Below are positions 29,090 to 38,308 of a DNA stretch of 64,000 nt, in pieces (the first letter of the stretch is position 1; each line of letters starts with the position of its first letter). The notes below the pieces were generated by a model, which made no database searches, was not told where the DNA came from, and worked only from the letters and a program-made list of their open reading frames with translations. The DNA lies in contig JAXLXO010000004.1 in NCBI GenBank assembly GCA_046327915.1, positions 311,064 through 375,063 on the forward strand, given 5' to 3'. The translations under genes were made by a program, and so were the position numbers. This DNA comes from Candidatus Binatia bacterium. Lineage in GTDB: Bacteria; Desulfobacterota; Binatia; UBA12015.

Positions 29090-30567
29090 GCGGAGTCCGC
29101 CTGCGCCACCTGCGTCCCCTGCGCCGGAGGCAGGTGGATCGCCATTTCGGTGCCCCGGCCGCGCTCGCTGCGAACCTCGATCCATCCGCCGGCATCCTGC
29201 ACGATGCCTTCGGCGATCGCGAGCCCGAGGCCGGTCCCCTCGCCGGGGCCCTTGGTCGTGAAGAAGGGCTCGAACACGTGCGGCAGATCCTCGGCCGCGA
29301 TGCCCTCGCCCTCGTCGGCGATCACGATGCGCACGTAGCGGCCCTCGGGTCCGCCGCGCACCGTCGGCGGCGTCGCACGCCGCTCCTCGACGCTCACGCG
29401 CACGCGGCCGCCCTCGTGGCTCGCCTGCACGGCGTTGAGGACGACGTTGGTCAGCACCTGCTGCGCCTCGCCGGCGTCGAGGCGCACGACCACCGGGGAC
29501 ACGGGCGCGTCCACCTCGATGGCGACGTCGCGCGAAGACGCGATCGGGTTCAGCATCTCGGCCGCGGTGCGCACGCACTGCGCGACGTTCACCGCGCCCA
29601 TGCGCGTGCTGCGCCGGCGCGAGAGATCGAGCAGCTGGCGGATCATGTCGGTCATGCGCGACGCCTGCTCGCCGATGACGCGCGCGTGCGCCCGCGTCTG
29701 CGCGTTCAGCTGCAGGTCGGAGCCGATCATCTTGGCGCGCGCCGACACGACGTTGAGCGGCGTGCCGAGCTCGTGTGCGATGCCCGACGCGAAGCGTCCG
29801 ACGCTCGCCAGGCGCTCCGAGTGCCGCATGCGCTCGAGCGCCGCGAGCTTCGCCTCGGTCTCCGCGGCGAGGCGCGCGTTGGTCTCGGCGATCTTCTGGC
29901 ACATGTCGTCGATCTCGGCGCCGAGCTCGCCCATCTCGTCGCGCTGCTTCAGCGACAGGCAGCCCGCGAAGTCGCCTTTGCCCGCGCGCCGCGCGCGGTC
30001 GCGCAGCAGCTCCACGGGACGTCCGACGAACCAGTAGCCCAGAAACAGAGCGGTGAACGCGGACGCGAGCACCACGCACAGCGTGGTGACGAAGATCGCC
30101 GTCTGCGACGTGCGCACGAACGAGACCTCGCGGTAGAGCCGCCGCGTGATCTCCAGCGCCTCCGTGCTGCCGTTGCCCATCGGCACGAAGTTCACGCGCC
30201 GCGGGTCGTCGCCGTGCTCGTCGACCAGCAGCATCAGCACCGCGCCCGCCTCGAGTGCTTGACGGTCCTGCGGCAGCAGTTCGGCGTATCCCTGCTGCCC
30301 GGGCTTCGCCGCGAGGTCGATCCAGCGGACGTCGACGTTCTCGAGCATGTCGGCGACCTTCTCGACGATCTCCTGCGTCTTGACGGCGCCGTCGCGCTTC
30401 CACATCTCCTGGATCAGGAGCCGCACGGCCGCGCCGCGCGTGGCGCTGCCCTGCAGGTCGCCCTCGAAGAGGATGACCTGCTTGCGGCTCAGGTAGAACG
30501 CATAGGCCGCCATCACGACGAAGATCGTCGCGGTCAGCGCGAAGGTGATCTTGCGGGCGAGCTTCAT
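29086..30567 (-). CDS. sensor histidine kinase (two TM, periplasmic sensor, HAMP, HisKA, HATPase)
   Basis: H-box 'ASGIAHELGTPLN', G-boxes 'DEGEGI' and 'GTGLGLAIAEG'. Two TM segments flank a roughly 140-aa periplasmic domain. The low-complexity 5' part of ORF 29086..31614 was rejected. Confidence 0.8.
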
Positions 30568-30695
30568 GCCTGGGATTCGGGGCAGCCGCGGTCCGGCGGC
30601 GATCTCCGGCGCGGCGGCCGGATCATTGCACGTCGGATCGGATGAGCTCCACTCCCGGGCGAAGGTGTCTGCCGGGACGGGCCACACGGCGAACC

Positions 30696-31178
30696 TCAGG
30701 CCACGTTCACGTTCAGTTGAAGGCTCGCGGCGCCTCTTCGCTCCTTCGTGCCCGACGAGGCCGGAGCCGACGTCAGAAAGAAGCTCTCCACGGCGCGATC
30801 CTGCTGTTGAGCGCTTTTGGAAGACCTCGGAGCGAGAAGCATCCAGCGCAGCTTCTCGCCGTCGAGCTCGAGCGCGTCGCAGATCGTGTCGAAGGCGAAC
30901 AACGAGTCGCGGCCGCGGCGCGAGATCCAGGCGCGCGCCTGCATGGCGACGCGCGCACGATGGCTCGGCTTGATCCCCCGTCCCGACAGGCAGGTGATCG
31001 CGTCGACGAGCACCGCGCGCATCAGCGCGAGCTCGCCGACGCTCTCGGTGGTCGGAGCGGAGGTCGAGAGAGGAGGCGTCTCCCCGTCCACCAGATCGGC
31101 CGGGGAGACGCCCAGGGAGGAAGCGTCGACACCGTTGGGGAGCGGTGCGGACGTGGGCGAGGCCGTCGCCGCGTCCAT
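30696..31178 (-). CDS. hypothetical protein (possibly first gene of the two-component operon)
   Basis: The C-terminal 110 aa has normal composition (…LMRAVLVDAITCLSGRGIKPSHRARVAMQARAWISRRGRDSLFAFDTICDALELDGEKLRWMLL…). The N-terminal part is Ser/Thr/Pro-rich. Start is uncertain. Confidence 0.3.
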   Translation of the reverse strand: MDAATASPTSAPLPNGVDASSLGVSPADLVDGETPPLSTSAPTTESVGELALMRAVLVDAITCLSGRGIKPSHRARVAMQARAWISRRGRDSLFAFDTICDALELDGEKLRWMLLAPRSSKSAQQQDRAVESFFLTSAPASSGTKERRGAASLQLNVNVA

Positions 31179-31337
31179 GAAAGACCGGCTTCGACTCCGC
31201 CGAGGGAGGGAAGTGACGACGCGGCCGAGCGGCCTCGACGTGGTTGAAGTTGCCGAGTCGGCCACCTGGGCGGTGGCCGCGTGGGGGGCTTGCCGTCTTT
31301 CGCGTCGCACGGCGGGCGGATAGAGCAGCCGCTGTGC

Positions 31338-31373
31338 CACGAAAAAACCTGCGCGGTTGCTGGGTTTTTCCGG
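31338..31373 (-). terminator. A/T-rich imperfect hairpin followed by a T-run on the minus strand (candidate intrinsic terminator)
   Basis: Plus strand reads 'cacgaaaaaacc tgcgcggttgct gggtttttccgg'. On the minus-strand transcript, a GGAAAAACC…GGTTTTTTC stem precedes T6, downstream of the 31538..31759 gene. It is conspicuous in a 70% GC context. Confidence 0.35.
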
Positions 31374-31537
31374 AGCGCCGAGCGGGCCCTTCCGACACAC
31401 CCCGTGCGCCGCCGCGCGGCGCGGGAGAATTTCCGCTGCAGCGGTGCGGCTTTACCGCCGGGGTGTGTCGCGCGGACACAGCGGAGCGGAACGACCCGGC
31501 GGCCGTGGGCCGCCTTGCGGAGGCGGGTGCCCGGGCG

Positions 31538-31759
31538 TCAGCGGTGCGCCGCGCGGGTGTCGGGCACCGCCCGGAGCCGCGACCCGAGGAGCCACCATGA
31601 GACCGGGAACGCAAGCAGCCCGATCGAGCCCGCGACGATCAGCGCGTCCCACACGGCGTCGTCGCCACCCACGACGAGGACGGCGAACAGCAGCGAGAAG
31701 ATCGCCCCGACGAGGCCGGAGACCGCAGCGATGCCGAGCGCGCCGATGAATCGCGACAT
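31538..31759 (-). CDS. small two-TM membrane protein (hypothetical)
   Basis: 73 aa, 'MSRFIGALGIAAVSGLVGAIFSLLFAVLVVGG…IVAGSIGLLAFPVSWWLL'. Lies 36 nt downstream of the YfhO-like gene. The Arg-rich remainder of ORF 31538..33697 was rejected. The start coordinate may be off by one. Confidence 0.35.
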   Translation of the reverse strand: MSRFIGALGIAAVSGLVGAIFSLLFAVLVVGGDDAVWDALIVAGSIGLLAFPVSWWLLGSRLRAVPDTRAAHR

Positions 31760-31794
31760 GGCGGCGCGATAGCGCAGGTCCTCCGGCGCCGCCA

Positions 31795-34032
31795 CTACGG
31801 AGCCGCCGCCCGCTCCTGCGACGGGGGCGCCCCGCCCCAGCCCGGCGTCTTCCACTCGAAGGACGTACCGAGGTGGCGTCCCGCGTACAGGCTGCGCTCC
31901 CACGCGAGCAGCCCACCCGCGGCGAGCAGCGTCACCGCGACGGCCGCGATCACGCGGACGCCGCGACCCGAGCCGCGGCGTCCGATCCGCGCCGCGAGCA
32001 CGAGCGCGATCGCCCACGCGGTCACGACGCCGAGCCGCATCCCGGCACGCGCGGCGCGCGAGGCGTAGCGCAGCTCGACGACGGTCTCGCCTGCGGGCAC
32101 CGGGACGCCGACGAAGGCGCCGTTCGCGACCCCGACCGGACGCTCCGCACCGTCGACGATCGCGCGCCAGTTGCGCGCGTAGGGCTGGCCGAGCGCCAGC
32201 AGCGCGGGCGCGGGGGTGCGCACGCCGAACACGAAGCGGTTGAACGACGCGTGCAGCAGACGCACGTATCCCTGCGGCGGCGCGCCCCTGCCGCCCGGCG
32301 GCGCCTCCATCGCAGTCCCCTCCAGCGTCGCGACGTTCGGCTCGCGCCCGCGCAGGATCGCGAACGCCTCGTCGCGCGACGCGACCGGGCGCACGTCGCG
32401 GAACAGGCGCGCGAGCGGCGTCGGCTGATTCGCCGGGCCGAGCGCCTTGCGCCGCTCGAGCAGGATCGCCGGCGTCATCCCCGCGCCCGGGTCGCCCTTG
32501 GAGAAGCCGACGCGCAGGCGGTGCCGGCGCACCTGCTCGCTCCACGTCGTGCTGGGCCGCGCGTCGGTGAGCCAGGTTCCGAACCGCAGCACGAGCGTCG
32601 TCTGCGCGAGCACGAGCACGACGAGCAGCGCCGCCGCCGCGCGGCCGGGACGCTGCGCGTACGCCGCGAGCGCGGCGAGGCTCGCGATGCCGAGCAGCCA
32701 CACCGCGCGCACGACGATCGGCGGGATCTCCGCGATGCGCGCCGGCGGTGCGAGCTCGAGCGCGTCGAGCTGCGGCGTCGAGACCAGCGCGTACGCCGCG
32801 TAGACCACCGCCGCGACGAGCGCGACGAGCGCGAGCGGTGCGACGTCGAACGTCCGTCCGCCCAGGCACAGCGGCACCCGCGCGGCGCGGCACAGCCACG
32901 CGAGCACGAGCAGCAGCAGGAACGGCGCCATCATCGTCACGCGCCCGGGCGCGCGGAACGCGGCGAACATCGGCACCAGCTTCCAGGCGAGGAAGTAGAG
33001 CGGCAGCGTCTCCGCGAGCGCGAGCGCCAGCACGAGCAGAGCCGCCGTCCACGTCGCGAGCACCGCCAGCGGCGGACGCCGCACCGCCACGAGCACCGGC
33101 AGCAGCAGCGGCACGGCGAGCGGCGCCGGCCCCGCGAACGAGCCCTGCACGTCGCTCGAGAACGGACGAAAGACGGAGTGCAGCAGGCTCGTCGCCGAGC
33201 GCGTGCCGAACGGCGTGTACACCCACGAGAAGTCCTGCCCCATGCGCTGCGCCGCCCCGGGCAGGAAGTCGAGCACGAACGGCAGCAGGTACGCGGACGA
33301 CAGCAGGATCCCCGCGACGAGCGACGCCGTGCATGCCGCGAGCGCCGGTCCGCGCGGCGGACACGCACCGTCGGGCACCAGCACCGGCAGCAGCAGCGTC
33401 ATGCAGCCGAGCGCGAGCACCGCGCCGCCGAACCCGAGGTACGCCATCTGCGGGTGCCCGCTGCACAGCAGCAGGTACGTCGCGAGCGCCACGCACGCGC
33501 AGCGCACGACGTCCGGCCCGTGCAGCACGACGCGCGCGAGCGCGACGCAGAGCAGGATCGCCGCGGTCCACGCCTGCAGCGACGCGCCGTAGTCGAACAG
33601 CGACAGCATGCGCAGGTTGAAGACCGTGACGAACGACACGACGAACGCGAGCACCGCGTCGACCGCCAGCTCGCGCAGCAGCCGCCAGCACGCCCACTGC
33701 GCGAAGCCGAGCGACAGCAGGTTGAGCACCGTGAACAGGTCGAAGGCGTGACCGTCCCAGTATCCCGGCAGCAGCGCCGCGAGGTGCGAGATGGGGTGGA
33801 ACAGCTGTCCCTGGGTCGCCGCGACCGCCGGCAGCCCGCCCGCGAATCCCGGCAGATAGAGCGGGAAGCTGCCGTTCGCGAGCGAGAACTGCAGGAGCAG
33901 CTGCTGCGGGACGGAGTAGATCATGTAGTCCGAGCCGAGCGTGCGGCCCGACACGAACGGTGCGACGTGCGCGAAGACCGCGAACGGCAGCAGGAGAAAG
34001 CCCGCGAGGACGAGGCCCGCGCGGCCCGCCAT
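31795..34032 (-). CDS. large polytopic membrane protein, YfhO-like family
   Basis: About 745 aa, 12 or more TM helices, with YfhO-like architecture (N-terminal 'LPFAVFAHVAPFVSGRTLGSDYMIYSVP…', soluble C-terminal domain). One-nt TGATG overlap with the upstream ABC-2 permease. Confidence 0.5.
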   Translation of the reverse strand: MAGRAGLVLAGFLLLPFAVFAHVAPFVSGRTLGSDYMIYSVPQQLLLQFSLANGSFPLYLPGFAGGLPAVAATQGQLFHPISHLAALLPGYWDGHAFDLFTVLNLLSLGFAQWACWRLLRELAVDAVLAFVVSFVTVFNLRMLSLFDYGASLQAWTAAILLCVALARVVLHGPDVVRCACVALATYLLLCSGHPQMAYLGFGGAVLALGCMTLLLPVLVPDGACPPRGPALAACTASLVAGILLSSAYLLPFVLDFLPGAAQRMGQDFSWVYTPFGTRSATSLLHSVFRPFSSDVQGSFAGPAPLAVPLLLPVLVAVRRPPLAVLATWTAALLVLALALAETLPLYFLAWKLVPMFAAFRAPGRVTMMAPFLLLLVLAWLCRAARVPLCLGGRTFDVAPLALVALVAAVVYAAYALVSTPQLDALELAPPARIAEIPPIVVRAVWLLGIASLAALAAYAQRPGRAAAALLVVLVLAQTTLVLRFGTWLTDARPSTTWSEQVRRHRLRVGFSKGDPGAGMTPAILLERRKALGPANQPTPLARLFRDVRPVASRDEAFAILRGREPNVATLEGTAMEAPPGGRGAPPQGYVRLLHASFNRFVFGVRTPAPALLALGQPYARNWRAIVDGAERPVGVANGAFVGVPVPAGETVVELRYASRAARAGMRLGVVTAWAIALVLAARIGRRGSGRGVRVIAAVAVTLLAAGGLLAWERSLYAGRHLGTSFEWKTPGWGGAPPSQERAAAP

Positions 34033-35720
34033 CAGCGGCGCCAGCGGAACAGCACGAGCCCGGCGACCAGAAAGACGAGCCCGAACACGAACAGGATCGC
34101 GGTCGGCTCGAGCGCCGCGACGACCGTCTGGCGGCGCATCATCAGGTCCTTGAAGCCGGTCATCGCCCACGTGGTCGGGAACCACTGCGCGACGTCGCGC
34201 ATCCAGCGCGGCTCGAGGTCGATCGGCCACCAGCAGCCGCCGACCGCGCACATGGTGACGATCGCGATCGCGCCGAGCGGCATGACGGCGTCGCGCGTCG
34301 GCGACAGACCGGCCACCAGCACGCCGAATGCGGTGCCGACGAACACGATCCCGGCGCTCGGCAGCAGCAGCGCCGCAGGCTGCGGCCCGACCGACACGCC
34401 GAACGCGTAGTGTCCCACCGCGAGCAGCAGAACCATCTGCATCAGGCCGATCGAGAAGCGCACCAGCAGCTTGCCGACGATCAGCGTCCACATGGGTGCG
34501 GGAGTCGCGCGGATGCGCTCCAGCGTGCCGAGCTCGAGCTCGTCGATCAGCGTCATCGCGACGCCGATCAGCATGCCGAGCATCAGGAAGGTGATGCTGA
34601 AGCCGGGAACGTACTGGTCGAAGCTGTTGAGCCGCTTGGGGGCGCCGGTGACGCTCGCCTCCTCGATGCCCGGCAGCCGCGGCAGGCGCAGCTCCGGCAG
34701 CGGGCGCAGGGGCGGCACCGCGATCTCCGGCAGCGCCGGCAGCGGCGGGACGCTCAGCTCGATCTTCGGCAGCTCGATCTTCGGCGGCGCGCCGCCCTCG
34801 ATCACGCGCGCGGCGATGGCGCTGGTGTCGGCGTTGGCGAGCGTCTGCAGCTCGGGCGGCAGCGCCGGCGGCTCCGGCGGCGCCGGGATGCGGTCGGCGT
34901 AGCTGCCGGCGGCCTCCCGTGCCTGCGCGATCCAGGCCTCGAAGCGCGTGCGGTAGGACGTCAGCTGGTCGAGGAAGGTCCGCACCGGCGCCAGCTCTCG
35001 GCCGAGCTCGCGCTCGGCGCGCGTGCGTGCGGCCGCTGCTTCCTCGACGGTCGCTGCGTCCACGGCGCGACGCAGCTCCGTCGCGACGCGCTTGCGCGTC
35101 GCGTCCACGTCGCGCTCGAGATGCGCGATCACGTCGCGCGCACGACCCTCCGCACCCTCGAGCTGCTTCTTCAGGCGCGTCACGCGGCGCTCGATGCGGG
35201 ACTGCGCCGCCGTGACCTTCGCGCGCACGCGGTCGACGCGCCGTTGCGCCACCGCGAGCGCCTCCTGTCCGAGCCGGTTGCGCAGCTCCTGCACCGCGAA
35301 GCGGACGTTCGCGACCTCGACGAACTTGACCGGGTCGGTGTACAGCTCGAGCGTCGCGTCGCGGCCGTGCTCGAGCGCCGCCATGGTGCCGGCGGGAATC
35401 ACGAGGGCCGCGCCGGCACGGCGGTCGCGCACCAGGACGATCGCGTCCTCGCGGGTCGTCGCGTCGCGCAGCTCGATGCCGGCGTCCGCGTCGAGCCCCT
35501 CGCGGAACGCGCGCGCGACGCGGCCGCCGTCCTCGTCCGCGACCGGCAGGACGTAGCGCGCGTCGCCCTGCGGCGCGCCGCCGAACAGCGTCGAGAGCGA
35601 GAAGCCCGCGACCGACATCACGATCAGCGGCGCGATGGTGAGGAAGACGAGACCGACCTTGTCGCGCAGCAGCAGCCGCGCGTCCTTGACGATCGCCGCC
35701 CGGAGCGCGCGCACGATCAC
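34032..35720 (-). CDS. ABC-2-type exporter permease with large coiled-coil insert
   Basis: N-terminal TM helix, then a roughly 300-aa coiled-coil/Pro-rich insert, then 5 C-terminal TM helices (…FLMLGMLIGVAMTLIDE…). 4-nt overlap with the ATPase gene. Confidence 0.7.
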   Translation of the reverse strand: MIVRALRAAIVKDARLLLRDKVGLVFLTIAPLIVMSVAGFSLSTLFGGAPQGDARYVLPVADEDGGRVARAFREGLDADAGIELRDATTREDAIVLVRDRRAGAALVIPAGTMAALEHGRDATLELYTDPVKFVEVANVRFAVQELRNRLGQEALAVAQRRVDRVRAKVTAAQSRIERRVTRLKKQLEGAEGRARDVIAHLERDVDATRKRVATELRRAVDAATVEEAAAARTRAERELGRELAPVRTFLDQLTSYRTRFEAWIAQAREAAGSYADRIPAPPEPPALPPELQTLANADTSAIAARVIEGGAPPKIELPKIELSVPPLPALPEIAVPPLRPLPELRLPRLPGIEEASVTGAPKRLNSFDQYVPGFSITFLMLGMLIGVAMTLIDELELGTLERIRATPAPMWTLIVGKLLVRFSIGLMQMVLLLAVGHYAFGVSVGPQPAALLLPSAGIVFVGTAFGVLVAGLSPTRDAVMPLGAIAIVTMCAVGGCWWPIDLEPRWMRDVAQWFPTTWAMTGFKDLMMRRQTVVAALEPTAILFVFGLVFLVAGLVLFRWRR

Positions 35721-36679
35721 GCTTCGCCCTCCGCGACCTGCTCGCCCTCGCGCAGCGCGTGACCCGTCAGGCGGAAGAAGACGTCGGCGAGATCCGGGTG
35801 GCGGAGCGCAACGTCGAGGATCTCGCCGCCGTCGGCGCGCGCGCGGTCGAGAAGAGCGGGCACGACGGCCGCGTCGTCGAGCTCGAGCACCGTCCGCGGA
35901 CCCTCTTCCGGCACCACGCGCACGCGCGCGGTCCCGGCGCCCGGCCAGCCCGCCGGCAGCGGACGCGTCGTGCGCAGCGTGAGGCGTGGCCCGAGCCCCA
36001 GCTTCGCCACCAGCTCGGACGGCGTTCCGCTCGCGATCACCCGTCCGGCGTCGACCAGGACGACGCGGTCGCAGAGACGCTCCGCCTCCTCCATCAGGTG
36101 CGTGCTGTGCAGGATCGCCGCACCGCCGGCCGCGAGCTGGCGCTCGAGCGCGTAGATGCGCTCGCGCGCCTGCGGGTCGACCGCGACCGTCGGCTCGTCG
36201 AGCAGGACGACGCGCGGCTCGTGCAGGATGCCGCAGGCGAGGTTCAGGCGGCGCGACATGCCGCCCGAGAACTGCAGCGTCGGCTCGTCGGCGCGTCCGT
36301 CGAGGCCGACCATCGCGAGCACGCGCTCGATCGCCTGCGGGGCCTGCGTGCGGTCGAGCCCCTGCAACGCCGCGAAGTACTCGAGGTTCTCGCGCGCGGT
36401 GAGTGTCGGATAGATGGCGATGCGCTGCGGCACGAGCCCGAGGACGCTCCGCACGCGGGCGGCCTCGCCGGGAAACCGGTGGCCGGCGACCTCGACGTGG
36501 CCGGAGGTCGGCTCGAGCAGCGTCGCCAGGATCGACAGCGTCGTGGACTTGCCGGCGCCGTTCGGCCCCAGCAGCGCCACGATCTCGCCCGGGTGCACCT
36601 CGAAGCTGATGCCGTCGAGGGCCCGTCGCGAGCGGTAGAGCTTCACGACGTCACGGCAGAGGATCGCGGGGGTCAACGG
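35717..36679 (-). CDS. ABC transporter ATP-binding protein
   Basis: Walker A 'GPNGAGKST', signature 'FSGGMSRRL', Walker B 'VLLDEP'. TTG start (MTPAILCRDVVKLY) inferred; there is no in-frame ATG. Confidence 0.75.
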   Translation of the reverse strand, partial: PLTPAILCRDVVKLYRSRRALDGISFEVHPGEIVALLGPNGAGKSTTLSILATLLEPTSGHVEVAGHRFPGEAARVRSVLGLVPQRIAIYPTLTARENLEYFAALQGLDRTQAPQAIERVLAMVGLDGRADEPTLQFSGGMSRRLNLACGILHEPRVVLLDEPTVAVDPQARERIYALERQLAAGGAAILHSTHLMEEAERLCDRVVLVDAGRVIASGTPSELVAKLGLGPRLTLRTTRPLPAGWPGAGTARVRVVPEEGPRTVLELDDAAVVPALLDRARADGGEILDVALRHPDLADVFFRLTGHALREGEQVAEGEA

Positions 36680-36694
36680 TTCCAGTCTCGCAAA

Positions 36695-36745
36695 GGGGGT
36701 CCGGGGCGCAACGCCGGTCGGCGCCCGGGGGTCCGGGGCGCAACG
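36695..36745. promoter_or_regulatory. 19-bp perfect direct repeat GGGGGTCCGGGGCGCAACG x2 (centres 32 bp apart) in divergent promoter region
   Basis: Copies at 36695-36713 and 36727-36745, seen directly. They lie between the ABC ATPase start (36679, minus) and the pilT-like start (36809, plus). Confidence 0.5.
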
Positions 36746-36808
36746 GCACGTCCTAGCACACGGAAACGCGCGGTTGGCAGAGGCGCGCGTCCTGGTCGAG
36801 AATGCGCC

Positions 36809-38308
36809 ATGGCCGCGATCGACGGACTGCTGGGCATCCTCATCGGACAGGGCGCGGACGCGCTGACGCTGACGGAGGGGCAGGCGCCACGGCTGACCCG
36901 GGCCGGCGAGCCCAGGCCGCTGTCGATGCCGCCGTTGCTGCCCGAGCTGCTCGGACGCTTCATCGAGGAGGTGCGCGCCGCCGGCGACGGGACGTCGTAC
37001 CAGCACGAGGCGAAGGGCGTCCGCACCACGTTCGCCGTCGAGATCGAGGGCACGCGCGAGATCCGCTTCCGCCGCGCCGATGCACCGGCCGCGGCTCCGG
37101 CGGACGCCGCGCCCGCCGCTGCCGCACCGGCCGGCGGCGAGCCGGCTGCCGCGCTGCCGCCGACGTCGGCCGCGCCGACCGCGGTCGGCGATTCCGCGCC
37201 CGCCGCGTCACCGCGGCGCCTCTACGCGCAGCCCCGTCCCGGCATCGCCCCGACCAACGGTGCGATCGCGGACCTGATCCGCCGCGCGCTCGACGCCGAC
37301 GCGACCGACCTCTTCGTCTCCACCTCGGCCGACGCCCGCATGCGCGTCGGCATGGAGCTGCGCGAGATCCCCGGCTCCCGGCTCGACGAGGGCACGCTGC
37401 TCGAGCTGGTGGCGCTCGACGACGCGCACCACGCGCGCCTCGAGAAGCACGGCAGCGTGGATCTCGGGCTGCACTTCGGCGACGTCAAGCTGCGCGTCAA
37501 TCTGTTCCGGCACCTCGGCGGTCTCGCCGCGGCGGTGCGTCCGCTGCGCCGCGTGCGCACGCTCGCGGAGCTGGGCCTGCCGCCGGACCTCGAGAAGCTG
37601 ACCGAGCCAATCGACGGGCTGGTGCTGCTGGTCGGACCGACCGGCTCGGGCAAGTCGTCGACCATCGCGGCACTCCTCGACCACGTGAACCGCACGCGCG
37701 CGAAGCACATCCTCACCATCGAGGATCCGGTCGAGTACGAGTACGCGAGCGGCTCGTGCCTGGTGCACCAGCGCGAGGTCGGGCGCGACGTCGAGAGCTT
37801 CGCCGCGGGACTGCGCGCGGCGCTGCGCGAGAGCCCCGACGTGATCCTGGTCGGCGAGATGCGCGACCGCGAGACCTTCGCAGCTGCAATGACCGCCGCC
37901 GAGACCGGACACCTCGTGTTCTCGACGCTGCACTCGGGCAACGCCGCGATGGCGATCGACCGCATCGTCGACTCGTTCCCGCCGCACCAGCAGACGCAGG
38001 TGCGCGCGCAGCTCGCCAACGTCCTGCGCGCGATCGTGACGCAGCTGCTGCTGCCCGCGGCGCAGCCGGGACGGCTCGTGCCGGCGACCGAGCGCATGTT
38101 CGTCACGCACGCGATCGCGCACAAGATCCGCGAGGGACGCGGACACCAGATCAGCGACCTGATCCTGACGGGGCGCGCGGAGGGAATGGTGTCGCTCGAG
38201 GCCTCGCTCGCGGAGCTGGTGCGGCAGAACCGCATCACGCTCGCGACCGCGCGCGCGGCGGCGCGCAACCCCGACGTGATGCGCGAGATGCTCGGCGCGC
38301 GCGCCTAG
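36809..38308 (+). CDS. pilT: PilT/PilU-family type IV pilus retraction ATPase paralog with extended N-terminus
   Basis: Walker A 'GPTGSGKSST', 'HILTIEDPVEYEY', Asp box 'ILVGEMRD', His box 'GHLVFSTLHS'. About 230 aa N-terminal to the ATPase core, including an Ala/Pro-rich linker. Confidence 0.75.
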   Translation: MAAIDGLLGILIGQGADALTLTEGQAPRLTRAGEPRPLSMPPLLPELLGRFIEEVRAAGDGTSYQHEAKGVRTTFAVEIEGTREIRFRRADAPAAAPADAAPAAAAPAGGEPAAALPPTSAAPTAVGDSAPAASPRRLYAQPRPGIAPTNGAIADLIRRALDADATDLFVSTSADARMRVGMELREIPGSRLDEGTLLELVALDDAHHARLEKHGSVDLGLHFGDVKLRVNLFRHLGGLAAAVRPLRRVRTLAELGLPPDLEKLTEPIDGLVLLVGPTGSGKSSTIAALLDHVNRTRAKHILTIEDPVEYEYASGSCLVHQREVGRDVESFAAGLRAALRESPDVILVGEMRDRETFAAAMTAAETGHLVFSTLHSGNAAMAIDRIVDSFPPHQQTQVRAQLANVLRAIVTQLLLPAAQPGRLVPATERMFVTHAIAHKIREGRGHQISDLILTGRAEGMVSLEASLAELVRQNRITLATARAAARNPDVMREMLGARA

